Under the pieces are notes generated by a model. That model did no database searches. It worked only from the letters and a program-made list of their open reading frames with translations, and was not told where the DNA came from. This document shows, piece by piece, positions 30,269 through 40,364 of a stretch of DNA of 64,000 nt (its first letter is position 1; every line of letters begins with the position of its first letter). A program made the translations under genes and the position numbers. Source of the stretch: Calditrichia bacterium (GTDB lineage: Bacteria > Calditrichota > Calditrichia > RBG-13-44-9 > J075); contig JBOEGD010000032.1 in NCBI GenBank assembly GCA_050633245.1, positions 32,001 through 96,000 on the forward strand, in the 5' to 3' direction.

Positions 30269-31675
30269 ATGTCTGTAGATCATACACGTTCCTGGCGACA
30301 TCAAATTCCGCCGACTGTTGAAAAACGCCTCCAACGTCCGGAACTTCTGGATCGGCTGAAGGAGGGAGTTGCTCTTCCGGTAACCATTCTTTCTGCGCCG
30401 GCAGGCTATGGAAAAACAACGTTGCTTAGTCAATGGGCGGCCGATGCACCGAAAAAGATCGGCTGGTTAACCCTCGACCGTTTTGACAACGACCCGGCAG
30501 TTTTTCTTGAACATTTTGTTCATACCATGCAGCAGATTCAGCCATCCATCGGTAATGCTGTGTTCAAAATGCTTCAGGCTGAAAAAAAGCCCAAAATGGA
30601 AGATGTCTTGAAACGCATGTTGGATGATGTTGCATTGGTTATGTCCGATTTTGTAATTGTTCTCGATGACTATCACGTTATCTACAGCCCGCCAATTCAT
30701 GCGATGATGACCTTTATTCTTACTTATCTGCCGCCGCAGATGCACGTTGTAGTTGCCGCGCAAACCGATCCGCCGTTTGGCGATCTTGCTCGTCACCGTT
30801 CCTACGAGCGTCTGATGGAAATTCGCACGCCTTATTTTGGTTTCTCTGTGGATGAATGCGAAAAGTTATTAAAGCAGCAATTTCAAATAATGCTCCCCTA
30901 CGGGCCGATCTCAGCTATTGTGGAGACGGCAACGTCCCGTCCGATAGCGATAAACTATGTGGCACTCCTCTTGGAAGGAGACGACAAGCCAGTAACATTT
31001 GTCGATCAATATGAGAAATCTGATGGTGACTCGTTGGTGATGCCATTCGATGCTCTGCTGGAAAAAGTGGATGCTGAGCTACAGGATTTTCTGCGAGATA
31101 TTTCAATACTCGATGTGTTTAATGCCGATGTTGCCGCTGCTGTATCGGGTTGTTCTGATGCAGCTGAAAAGCTGGTAATGCTTGCGGGAAAAGGCCATGT
31201 TGTTGAATACGTTGATAGCGATAAAAAGTGGTTCCGATTGCACTCATTGGCAAGGGAGCAATTAAACCTGCGTTTGCATCGCACAGGGCTTGAACACCTT
31301 GCTGAAATTCATGCTCGCGCCGGAAAGGTCTTTGCTGTTTTGGAAATGCCGTTTCCCGCATTCTTTCACTTTTCCGAAGCGGGTGAATTTGATTTCGCCG
31401 CGGTGTTGGTTGAACAATACAGCGCATCCTGGTTACAAAAAGGACGCATGTTGAGCATCTTGAATTGGCTGAAAGTTATTCCGGAAACAACGTTGGAAAA
31501 ACGACCACAACTTGCTATTACGTCGGCATGGGTTGCTCTGGTTGGCGGGGATGTCGAAAAAGTAGCTAAGTATTTAGAACTGGCAGACGCTGCAAAGGGG
31601 GAAGGCGAAGCGGCTTCAAAGATTGCCGAAAATATTGATGCGATACAGCATTTTATATCGCAGCGTCAACAATAA
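30269..31675 (+). CDS. MalT-like STAND NTPase lacking the C-terminal LuxR HTH
   Basis: APAGYGKTTLL, WLTLDRFDNDP, VLDDYH, WFRLHSL; ends shortly after the first TPR-like helices; ATG 30269. Confidence 0.82.
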   Translation: MSVDHTRSWRHQIPPTVEKRLQRPELLDRLKEGVALPVTILSAPAGYGKTTLLSQWAADAPKKIGWLTLDRFDNDPAVFLEHFVHTMQQIQPSIGNAVFKMLQAEKKPKMEDVLKRMLDDVALVMSDFVIVLDDYHVIYSPPIHAMMTFILTYLPPQMHVVVAAQTDPPFGDLARHRSYERLMEIRTPYFGFSVDECEKLLKQQFQIMLPYGPISAIVETATSRPIAINYVALLLEGDDKPVTFVDQYEKSDGDSLVMPFDALLEKVDAELQDFLRDISILDVFNADVAAAVSGCSDAAEKLVMLAGKGHVVEYVDSDKKWFRLHSLAREQLNLRLHRTGLEHLAEIHARAGKVFAVLEMPFPAFFHFSEAGEFDFAAVLVEQYSASWLQKGRMLSILNWLKVIPETTLEKRPQLAITSAWVALVGGDVEKVAKYLELADAAKGEGEAASKIAENIDAIQHFISQRQQ

Positions 31676-31677
31676 CG

Positions 31678-34596
31678 TTACTCTCGCGTTGCACCGATTA
31701 CGCGATGCAGAGTTTCCAGCAGGCGTTCCGCAGTATATGGTTTTTGCAGAAACCCATCGACACTGCGTCCCAATAGCTCCGAAATCTTACTGTCTTCCAT
31801 ATAACCACTTGATGCGATTATCTTTACGTGCGGATTGATTTTTCGAAGTGCACGAATGGTTGCGGCCCCATCCATTACCGGCATCATCATATCTGTAATA
31901 ACAATCGGTATTGCTTCCTGATGTTGCGCATAGAGCGCCACGGCCTCGGCGCCATCGTGTGCTAGCATTACGGAATAGCCATAGGTCTCAAGAGTCTCAC
32001 GGGTGATTTCCAGGATTGATGTTTCGTCATCGACAACCAGAATGACTTCGCCCTTACCGGCTCGCATACCTCCTTCTTCTTCGATGATCTCTTCAGCTTC
32101 GAAATCGACCAGTGCTGGTAAGTACACGTCAAACGTTGTTCCTTCTCCGGAACTGCTGTTAACGTTTACAAACCCTCCATGGCTGCCCACTATTGCCGAT
32201 ACGGTTGAGAGACCGAGTCCTGTTCCCTTGTCCATTGTCTTCGTTGTGAAGAATGGGTCAAAAATTTTATTGATAATATCCGCTGGGATTCCAGTGCCGC
32301 TATCCTTCACGCGAATGGTAACGTACGGACCTGGACGTGCATCAAGATGCACGCGGTTGGCCTCGGTAGTCAATTCCTGGTTTTCTGCGATTAGCTGGAG
32401 TTCTCCGCCCTCCGGCATTGCATCGCGTGCATTTACACATAAATTTAGCAAAACCTGATGGAGTTGCGTAGCATCGCCGGAAACGCTCCAAAGTGAACGT
32501 GGGATACTACTTTCGAGTGCGACAGAGCGTGGGAATGTCTCTTCAATGATTTGCCGAATCTCATCCAGTATTTGCGTCATTTGCAGTGGAATGCGCTCAC
32601 CTTCGACGCCACGAGCAAACGTCAGAATCTGCTTAATCATATCAGCACCGCGTTTTACATTGGCTTCGATGGTGTCCAGAATTCGCTGGCTTTTATTGTC
32701 ATCAAAACGCACCTGTAGAATTTGTACGGCGGTTAAGATTGGTGCAAGTACGTTATTCAGATCGTGTGCAATACCGCCGGCCAGCGCGCCGATACTTTCC
32801 ATGCGTTGAGCTCGTAGAAATTGAGATTCGATGCGACGTTTTTCGGTAATATCAGTATTGACAACCAGAATCGACTTAGCGCTGCCGTCATTTCCGCTCA
32901 CCAGCGTCCAGCGGCTTTTGACGATTATTTCTTTGCCCTCTTTGGTCATCTGCGAGAGCTCACCCTGCCACTCTTCATGTTCCAAAACCGATCTTCTGCT
33001 GGAGATAAACTGCTCTGAGTGATTCATAAAAAGAAGTTCGAAGGCATTCGTGCCAATTACTTCTTCCATTTTCCAGCCGTATAGCCTTTCAGCACTTTTG
33101 TTCCAATAGATAATATGATCATTCAGGTCGCATACCATAATGGCGTCCTGCGCTTTGTCCAAAAGCGCAGCCTGTTCACGAATTTGTGCAGCGGCCCGCT
33201 GTCTCGCTGAAATGTCGCGTGCGATAGCCATAATTGTTGGTTTATTCTTAAAATCGAAAAGGTGCGCACTCACTTCAACTGGAATCTGGTTTCCCGAACG
33301 AGTAAAGAATGTATCTTCATAGAGCAGGTAACGCTCTTCCTGAATCTCTGATAAACGTGACAAAAATGTTGATTCGTCTACCTGTAGAGCAATTTTACGA
33401 TAGTCTGCCTTCAACAGTTCTTCTCTGCTAAAGCCCAGTTTGCGGCAGGCAACATCATTTACCTCAATGAACGGTGTCAGGTCGCCATCCGTACGCTGAC
33501 GATAGACGAGCACGACATCATTCCCACTGTTAAACAGAATGCGGTATTTTTCTTCGCTTTCCAGCAGCTGTTCTTCGGCGCGTTTACGTACTTCAATTTG
33601 CTCTTTTAAAATACGGTTTGCCTGTGAAAGCTCGGCAGTGCGCTCCTCAACGCGATGCTCCAGACCATCTTTTGCCCGCTGCAGCGCAATTTCGGACGTC
33701 TGCAAATCTGCCGTGCGAGCCAGGACGCGTTTCTCCAGTTCATCCCGTGCATTTTTAAGCTGTGTTTCAACAGCTTTTCGCTCACTGATATCTGAGATAA
33801 TACCAAACGATCCACAAACCTTACCATCTGAATTAGTAACGGGCACTCCGCTAATGGATACCCAAATTAGCGATCCGCTTTTTTGCACCATTTGAATTTC
33901 GTACTGATCGGATACTCTTTTGGTGCGCAGCTTGTTTTTATTGCGAATAACCTTCTGCTCGCGCCGATTAAACAAAACAGTGTAACCGACCTTGCCAATG
34001 AGTTCGTCTTCGCTATAGCCAAGCATTTCGCAAATCCGTGGGTTAACGAAGCGAACGACATCATCATTATCTACGATCATTAAGCCTTCCTGCATATTTT
34101 CAATCAGCGTACCGTATTCGCGGAGAGTTTGCTCCGTCTGCATGCGTACACTTAAGTCTTCTATGAAGAGCAGGATACTGGTATTACCTTCATAATCAAT
34201 GGGCCAGGCTGTGGTTTGTAGCGGTAATTTTTCGCCACTGGAGCTTACCGCATACAATCTTGCTGTGCTCGCACTTTGCTTTTTAAATGCTTCCTGACAT
34301 AGGCTTCTGAAAAGACGAAGTTGCTTTGGGAAAACAAAAGTAGTTTTCTGTTGAATGATTTCCTGCTTGGCATAACCCAGAAGATCAGTAGTTTTTTTGT
34401 TGACGTCGAGAATTTTACTGTTATCGGGATTGATAATCAGGACGGCTTCACGACATAAATCGAATAGAGTTTGAAAGCGCGCGTTGCTACGAAGAAGTTC
34501 TTCCTGAAGTATTTCCGGATGATTGTGAGAGGAGGCTTCGTTTTGAGCCGGAACAGATGCAATAATACGCTGAAGTGGAGACTTGAATGTTTTCAT
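31678..34596 (-). CDS. Cytoplasmic hybrid histidine kinase (4 PAS, HisKA, HATPase, REC)
   Basis: PAS/PAC repeats (DISERK, DITEKR), [39 protein letters not shown]. Confidence 0.95.
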   Translation of the reverse strand: MKTFKSPLQRIIASVPAQNEASSHNHPEILQEELLRSNARFQTLFDLCREAVLIINPDNSKILDVNKKTTDLLGYAKQEIIQQKTTFVFPKQLRLFRSLCQEAFKKQSASTARLYAVSSSGEKLPLQTTAWPIDYEGNTSILLFIEDLSVRMQTEQTLREYGTLIENMQEGLMIVDNDDVVRFVNPRICEMLGYSEDELIGKVGYTVLFNRREQKVIRNKNKLRTKRVSDQYEIQMVQKSGSLIWVSISGVPVTNSDGKVCGSFGIISDISERKAVETQLKNARDELEKRVLARTADLQTSEIALQRAKDGLEHRVEERTAELSQANRILKEQIEVRKRAEEQLLESEEKYRILFNSGNDVVLVYRQRTDGDLTPFIEVNDVACRKLGFSREELLKADYRKIALQVDESTFLSRLSEIQEERYLLYEDTFFTRSGNQIPVEVSAHLFDFKNKPTIMAIARDISARQRAAAQIREQAALLDKAQDAIMVCDLNDHIIYWNKSAERLYGWKMEEVIGTNAFELLFMNHSEQFISSRRSVLEHEEWQGELSQMTKEGKEIIVKSRWTLVSGNDGSAKSILVVNTDITEKRRIESQFLRAQRMESIGALAGGIAHDLNNVLAPILTAVQILQVRFDDNKSQRILDTIEANVKRGADMIKQILTFARGVEGERIPLQMTQILDEIRQIIEETFPRSVALESSIPRSLWSVSGDATQLHQVLLNLCVNARDAMPEGGELQLIAENQELTTEANRVHLDARPGPYVTIRVKDSGTGIPADIINKIFDPFFTTKTMDKGTGLGLSTVSAIVGSHGGFVNVNSSSGEGTTFDVYLPALVDFEAEEIIEEEGGMRAGKGEVILVVDDETSILEITRETLETYGYSVMLAHDGAEAVALYAQHQEAIPIVITDMMMPVMDGAATIRALRKINPHVKIIASSGYMEDSKISELLGRSVDGFLQKPYTAERLLETLHRVIGATRE

Positions 34597-34677
34597 AGCG
34601 GTGAACCGTCTTTACCGAAGATCAATAATAAAGATCATTTTCTAAAATATAGCAGTGTTGAGAAGAAAGATTGTGAG

Positions 34678-34713
34678 GAAAACGACGATATGCGAAATAG
34701 TTCGCATATCGTC
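34678..34713 (-). terminator. 13-bp perfect hairpin between the two kinase genes
   Basis: GACGATATGCGAA-ATAG-TTCGCATATCGTC (34684-34713); followed by GTTTTC on the minus strand. Confidence 0.6.
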
Positions 34714-34744
34714 AAGATTGTGCTGTTTTATGAAATAGCGGAGT

Positions 34745-36787
34745 TTACTCCACCGTCGCAAGATTTCGATCGAGAACCTGCCGGATCTGCTCAACTACTT
34801 TTTTCGGTGAATAGGGCTTTTGTATAAAGTCATTTATACCGGCCATCTCCATGCGTGTCTTAAGCTCCGGATCGAAGTATCCGCTGGCAAATACTGCTTT
34901 TACTCCCGGCTCAATAGCCTGCATTTCCGTAAAGGCTTCAAATCCACTTTTCTCTGGTAGTCCCGAATCAGCAAAAACAAGATCGATGGATTCACGTTGC
35001 TCCTCAAAAACACGAACGGCTTCTTCACCGTCTCTGGCGACAAGAATATTATATCCGTTTCGTTCAAAAATTGTTGATAACAGATTCACCAGCATATGTT
35101 CATCTTCTACAATAAGAATGGTTTCCGTGCCTGTCGTTGGAGCCAGTGCTTGTCGTTTCTCTTGTTTGTCTACGGAAGATGTGGCCACTGGTAAATAGAT
35201 GTGGAAGCTGGTTCCGTGGCCCAACTCGCTTTCCAATTGGATAAAGCCGGCATGATTGCGAATAATGCCGTAAACCATAGCTAATCCTAACCCGGTTCCT
35301 TTACCGTGCTCTTTCGTTGTAAAAAACGGCTCGAATATCCGCTGCTTTGTTTCCGCATCCATACCGGTTCCATTATCAGAAACAGTAATGTGAGCATGTG
35401 AGCACTTTTGAGCTTCCGGATTCAGCTTTATCATCTCATCAGCGGAAATGGTTGTCGTGTGAATCTTTATAATGCCCCCACCGGGCATCGCATCTCTTGC
35501 ATTGACGCATAGATTTAGAAAAATTTGATGAAGCTGATTTTGGTCACCCCAAATTGGAGGAAGCTTTTCAGCAAGCTCGAGGTTGAATAATATGGTTTTG
35601 GGCAGTGTCCCCCCAAGCATCAGAGTTAAATCGCGAACTGTTTGATTCACTTTAATAGGCTTGAACTTGGCGTCCGACTTTCGTGCAAAGGTGAGAATTT
35701 GTTCAACCAGGCTTGCTCCTCTTCCAACTGCTTGATGAATTGCGCTGATACTTTCATCCAGTTGGCTGGACAAAGGTTTATTTTGTCTTATTAGAGACAC
35801 GTGGCCTAAGATAATTCCCAGAATGTTGTTGAAGTCGTGGGCGATGCCACCGGCCAGCGTTCCAATACTTTGCATTTTTTGAACCTGAAGAAGCTGTTCT
35901 TTAAGTTTTGTCGGTTCAGTATTATCAAAAATATAACCGCGAATTTCAACAAGCTGTCCGTTTTTATCGAGGATGCCACTGACATTTTGAATGATATAAA
36001 CAATACTGCCGTCAACTTTCTTAAGCTTACGCTGGTCGTATTCCAACTTGCTGTCTCTGGTTACAGCTTGTAAAAAACTTTCGTAGTCCTTACGCGAATT
36101 ATAGAGTGACTGTAGCCTTTTGTGCGCCACATCGGTAGGATTGCTAAAGCCAAAGATCGATGCAAATGCCGGGTTACATGATAATATCTCGCCATCGGGA
36201 TTGGCAACAAAATCTCCGGTCAGATCTTCCAAAAAGAAGCGTCGATAGTTTTCTTCGCTCTTTTTGAGCGCTGCTTCTGCTTTGCGCTGTTCAGTTACAT
36301 CTCTGGCGATACCTTCGATCCGTTTTGTGCCCGTTTCACCCTCAATTAAAATGCTGCGATATTGAAAGATACGTGGATTTCCATTTTTGCTAAGAAGCGA
36401 CAGATAGCCGTTTGCCTGACGATTCTCAGTAATGTTATCGAGATAGGTTTGCAGCAGCAACTTATCAGCGGGCGTATTCGGAATGAGTTCAAATAACGAT
36501 TTATCAATGAGCTCACGCACGGAATAACCGAGTTCGCGGGTTGCAGCAGCATTCATTTGCTGAATAATGCCCTCATCAGAGTGCGAGAAAACGATATCTG
36601 AAATGTTATTAAACAGTTCGCTATACTTGCGCTCACCATCAATGAATATCTGTTCTTTTTCTATAGCGTCATTGATGTGGCGTTTTCTGTAAAGCGAAAG
36701 AGCAATTACAATTGCCCAGGCTAAAATGATGAGTGTGATACTCGCAAATAAAGTGAATTGCAGAATATCTATTGATGTGATGGACAA
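34745..36787 (-). CDS. Single-TM hybrid histidine kinase (TM, 2 PAS, HisKA, HATPase, REC)
   Basis: N-terminal TM ending [45 protein letters not shown]. Confidence 0.95.
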   Translation of the reverse strand: MSITSIDILQFTLFASITLIILAWAIVIALSLYRKRHINDAIEKEQIFIDGERKYSELFNNISDIVFSHSDEGIIQQMNAAATRELGYSVRELIDKSLFELIPNTPADKLLLQTYLDNITENRQANGYLSLLSKNGNPRIFQYRSILIEGETGTKRIEGIARDVTEQRKAEAALKKSEENYRRFFLEDLTGDFVANPDGEILSCNPAFASIFGFSNPTDVAHKRLQSLYNSRKDYESFLQAVTRDSKLEYDQRKLKKVDGSIVYIIQNVSGILDKNGQLVEIRGYIFDNTEPTKLKEQLLQVQKMQSIGTLAGGIAHDFNNILGIILGHVSLIRQNKPLSSQLDESISAIHQAVGRGASLVEQILTFARKSDAKFKPIKVNQTVRDLTLMLGGTLPKTILFNLELAEKLPPIWGDQNQLHQIFLNLCVNARDAMPGGGIIKIHTTTISADEMIKLNPEAQKCSHAHITVSDNGTGMDAETKQRIFEPFFTTKEHGKGTGLGLAMVYGIIRNHAGFIQLESELGHGTSFHIYLPVATSSVDKQEKRQALAPTTGTETILIVEDEHMLVNLLSTIFERNGYNILVARDGEEAVRVFEEQRESIDLVFADSGLPEKSGFEAFTEMQAIEPGVKAVFASGYFDPELKTRMEMAGINDFIQKPYSPKKVVEQIRQVLDRNLATVE

Positions 36788-37407
36788 AACAGCCCTCCGG
36801 CATAGAGCATGTTAGCAATTGTTGTTACCCCCCACGATACAGACCAGACGACAAGAACACTGGCAGGAGATAGGTGGATAATTTGGTTACTGAAGCAAAA
36901 GATTGGAATTGTTCCAATAAAATAGGTTAGCACACCTGCTGAGATCCAAAACCTGCTGTCTGTATATTGAGATGTATAATTGTCCATGTAAAGTTTGACA
37001 AGTGTATGGACGGCTACTCCAACCAGAATAACGCGTGAGATAGACGAGGTAACGGAGTCGAATTTACTGAGAGTTCCCAGGTAGAATGTGGCAAAAACAC
37101 AAATGAGGCTAAAGATGATTGCCGTTGTAAGCATTATACTCTGAACCTTTTTATCTTCCTGCCAAAAGGCAAAGGCACTCATAAACAACGCAAACTCGAT
37201 AGGCGTATAGATATGGTGTAGCCATAGATTTTGGGTTCCGCTCATAGCAAGATAAACACCAACGAAATCGACGATGGCGTGTAAAATGAACAGGCAGATC
37301 AAAATTTTCATCGGTATCGAGGCTTTACGAAAGAAATAAAGCCCGATCAATGATAGCAGTACGTCAGTGATCAACTGCAAAAAGAATAAGATTGGTAGAT
37401 CGTTCAT
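36769..37407 (-). CDS. Uncharacterised ~7-TM membrane protein (putative receptor)
   Basis: About seven hydrophobic segments; NLWLHHIYTPIEF and FWISAGVLTYF; overlaps the kinase start by 19 nt. Confidence 0.85.
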   Translation of the reverse strand: MNDLPILFFLQLITDVLLSLIGLYFFRKASIPMKILICLFILHAIVDFVGVYLAMSGTQNLWLHHIYTPIEFALFMSAFAFWQEDKKVQSIMLTTAIIFSLICVFATFYLGTLSKFDSVTSSISRVILVGVAVHTLVKLYMDNYTSQYTDSRFWISAGVLTYFIGTIPIFCFSNQIIHLSPASVLVVWSVSWGVTTIANMLYAGGLFCPSHQ

Positions 37408-37621
37408 AATTGATCCAGAGTCCTTTCATCAAAGAAAATGGATTTAGATGACACGCAACATGTATAATATGCGTTAACTATACAAAAGGCATGTGACCCA
37501 ATAGCAGGATTTGTCTTTGTGATTTTTTCAAGGTAACAAGGGCGCAAGACACTATCCTCCATGATTATGTCTTCAGTGGTTTTTTGATAATCGGCAGGAA
37601 TGAAGAAAAAGTTTAGGGTAC

Positions 37622-37662
37622 AAAAAAACAGGGACTTTCACATTGACAATGGAAAGTCCCTG
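37622..37662 (-). terminator. Intrinsic terminator after the PCPPFC gene
   Basis: Minus strand CAGGGACTTTC-CATTGTCAATGT-GAAAGTCCCTG-TTTTTTT. Confidence 0.85.
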
Positions 37663-37675
37663 ATGGTACTAATAA

Positions 37676-38212
37676 TCTTCCGGGCAGGAGAGGGTTTAGC
37701 GAATTACTTAGCTAATTGTGCTTTCGCCATGGACACATTGCTGTTTAGGGGGTTTTCGTCAAAGCAGAACGGCGGGCATGGTAGAGCCATTTCAGCAAGC
37801 TCACCGTGAATCATATCCCGGTTTTCTTTGTCGACGCCAACGAGAACTAAAACATTCTCGCCGTCAGCATTTAGTCCGTGGTAATAGCGAAGACCCATTA
37901 CACCATCCTGGCTCATAATGCGATCAATGGCGGCACGTGCAAAAAAGCCACCCACCTTAGTTTCGCCCTCATCCATTTGAGAACGATAGCGAGCCGTAAA
38001 CTCGGCTGCTTCATCGAGGCTTACAACATGTGTATCCTCGAAGGTAACCATCTTAGAATTATCTTCTGCACCCTCTGTCAGCGCCCACATCGTAACGCTG
38101 AAAAACAGTACAGTAAGAATTGCTAATGTTATTTTTGTTGCTTTCATGTGAACCTCTCCTTCGTGTCATAATAGACATCTAGGTGTTGAACGTAGTTCTC
38201 CCGCCCGGAAGA
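37676..38212 (-). repeat. 16-bp inverted repeat bracketing the PCPPFC gene
   Basis: TCTTCCGGGCAGGAGA (37676-37691) vs TCTCCCGCCCGGAAGA (38197-38212); the single mismatch is a G-U pair on the mRNA strand. Confidence 0.75.
37704..38147 (-). CDS. Secreted protein with C-terminal PCPPFC motif
   Basis: AAGGAGAGG RBS, Sec signal peptide, SLDEAAEFTARYR, GLRYYHG, LVLVGVD, PCPPFC. Confidence 0.88.
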   Translation of the reverse strand: MKATKITLAILTVLFFSVTMWALTEGAEDNSKMVTFEDTHVVSLDEAAEFTARYRSQMDEGETKVGGFFARAAIDRIMSQDGVMGLRYYHGLNADGENVLVLVGVDKENRDMIHGELAEMALPCPPFCFDENPLNSNVSMAKAQLAK

Positions 38213-38593
38213 GAACCTCCGAATAGTACGTATCAGATTTTTTTCTGTCCACAGAAAGTCGGGTGTTCGATAGAGAGGTGTGGTGTCGACTTTCTCACAA
38301 AATTCTTTTAATACCCAAACTCAGTAATAATGTGTGCAATTTGAACATATAAATCAATAACTATGAATAAATATTCATTTTTCCAAATTGGTAAATAATG
38401 CCTTATGTAGCTTCCTTGCGTACATAATTATCTATTGGTAAAGAAGCTACATCGATTTCAGCGCTGGCAGCACCTAGAGAGAAAGAATGCGAAGATGAGT
38501 AAAGCTAGTGTGTATACTTATATGAAACGCTGTTTACTTCTTATCTAAAGATTATAAGAAAAGTTCCACAATTCTTAAAAAAAATGCAAGATA

Positions 38594-38633
38594 TTTTTTG
38601 CCGACTGACGTTATTTTATCAGCCGGCAAAAAA
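38594..38633. terminator. Hairpin with T/A flanks downstream of the aldehyde dehydrogenase
   Basis: TTTTTTGCCGACTGA...TCAGCCGGCAAAAAA. Confidence 0.65.
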
Positions 38634-38640
38634 CCGTCAT

Positions 38641-40173
38641 CTAAATATCAAATTTAATGCCCTGAGCGAGTGGTAAGGAATGTCCATAATTAATGGTGTT
38701 GGTTTGACGACGCATATACGCTTTCCAAGCGTCTGAACCAGATTCTCGTCCACCACCTGTTTCTTTCTCACCACCGAATGCACCACCAATCTCAGCACCC
38801 GACGTACCGATGTTTACGTTGGCAATCCCACAATCCGAACCGGCCTGGGAGAGGAACATTTCGCTTTCCTGAATGCTATCAGTGAAAATCGCGGAAGAGA
38901 GTCCCTGGGTTACATCGTTTTGCAAAGCAATCGCGTTTTCAATGCCGCCAGTATATTTCATCAGGTATAGAATAGGAGCAAATGTCTCTTCTTTGACAAT
39001 TTTAAAGTCTGGTTCAGCTTCAACAATTGCGGGTCTTACATAGCAACCAGATTCAAATCCTGCGCCTTCCAATACTTCATTACCACAGGCAATTGTAGCG
39101 CCTTCCTTCTGAGCATGCTCTAGTGCTTTTTTATAGGCCATAACAGCATGTGTATCGATAAGCGGACCAACGTGATTATTTTCATCAAGCGGTGAACCAA
39201 TTCTAAGGCTGGAATACGCCTTAACCAGAGAGTCTTTTAAGCGATCGTACATCGACTCGTGAATAAATAGTCTGCGTGTGCTGGTACAGCGCTGTCCGGC
39301 GGTTCCGACTGCGCCAAAGACCACGGCGGGAATGGCCAGTTTCAGGTTTGCATTCGGAGAAATAATAATGGCATTGTTGCCACCAAGCTCAAGAATGCTT
39401 TTGCCAAAACGACGTGCCACGGTTTCACCGACATGCCTGCCAACGCGAATTGAACCAGTGAAGGAAATAAGCGGGACGCGCTTGTCATTAATCAGCGTTT
39501 CACCGATTGTGTCATTATCGCCGATCAATAGGGTGAATACGCCTTCAGGGATATCGTTTTCTTTTAGGACATCCTGAAGAATATGCTGGCAGGCAATCGC
39601 AGTCAGCGGAACTTTTGGAGAAGGTTTCCAGAGGTTTACATTACCACATACGGCAGAAATCATGGCATTCCAGGCCCAAACAGCTACCGGGAAATTGAAT
39701 GCGGTAATAGTACCGCAAATTCCAAGCGGATGATACTGCTCATACATGCGGTGGCTCGGGCGTTCCGAGTGCATGGAAAGACCGTATAGCTGGCGTGATT
39801 GCCCAACAGCAAAGTCGCATATGTCGATCATTTCCTGTACTTCGCCGAGACCTTCCTGAAGCGATTTCCCCATTTCGTAGGATACCAGTTCGCCCAGAGG
39901 CTGTTTGAAGTGGCGAAGGCGCTCACCTATTTGGCGAACAATTTCACCACGCAACGGAGCGGGGATATTCCTCCAGTGTAAAAATGCTTCCTGAGACTTG
40001 GCAATAACTGTTTCGTAATCGCTCGCGGATGCCTTGTAAACAGAGGCGATTTGTTTTCCGTCTACGGGAGAAGTAACAACAAATTCACCCTCAGATGTGG
40101 TCTCGAGCCAGTTGAGACCGGTAGAGGCGCCAAAATTCTTTTCTTTTAATCCGAGTTCCTGTAAAATCTTCAT
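38641..40173 (-). CDS. Aldehyde dehydrogenase family 7 (alpha-aminoadipic semialdehyde / P6C dehydrogenase-like)
   Basis: [77 protein letters not shown]. Confidence 0.93.
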   Translation of the reverse strand: MKILQELGLKEKNFGASTGLNWLETTSEGEFVVTSPVDGKQIASVYKASASDYETVIAKSQEAFLHWRNIPAPLRGEIVRQIGERLRHFKQPLGELVSYEMGKSLQEGLGEVQEMIDICDFAVGQSRQLYGLSMHSERPSHRMYEQYHPLGICGTITAFNFPVAVWAWNAMISAVCGNVNLWKPSPKVPLTAIACQHILQDVLKENDIPEGVFTLLIGDNDTIGETLINDKRVPLISFTGSIRVGRHVGETVARRFGKSILELGGNNAIIISPNANLKLAIPAVVFGAVGTAGQRCTSTRRLFIHESMYDRLKDSLVKAYSSLRIGSPLDENNHVGPLIDTHAVMAYKKALEHAQKEGATIACGNEVLEGAGFESGCYVRPAIVEAEPDFKIVKEETFAPILYLMKYTGGIENAIALQNDVTQGLSSAIFTDSIQESEMFLSQAGSDCGIANVNIGTSGAEIGGAFGGEKETGGGRESGSDAWKAYMRRQTNTINYGHSLPLAQGIKFDI

Positions 40174-40364
40174 GCAGGTTCTTCCTTTATCAATATTGTT
40201 TTGAATGACTTTGTATTTACTAACGGCTGGTAATATAAGAAATAAATTATCTGTGTTGAACCAGATTATGAAGTTGGTTTAAAGGTTATAATTAGACTAC
40301 TTTGTGAGAAGCAGGAAGTGAGTGTTATTTTATGTACGATGCGGATTAAGGAAGGACATTTGAC

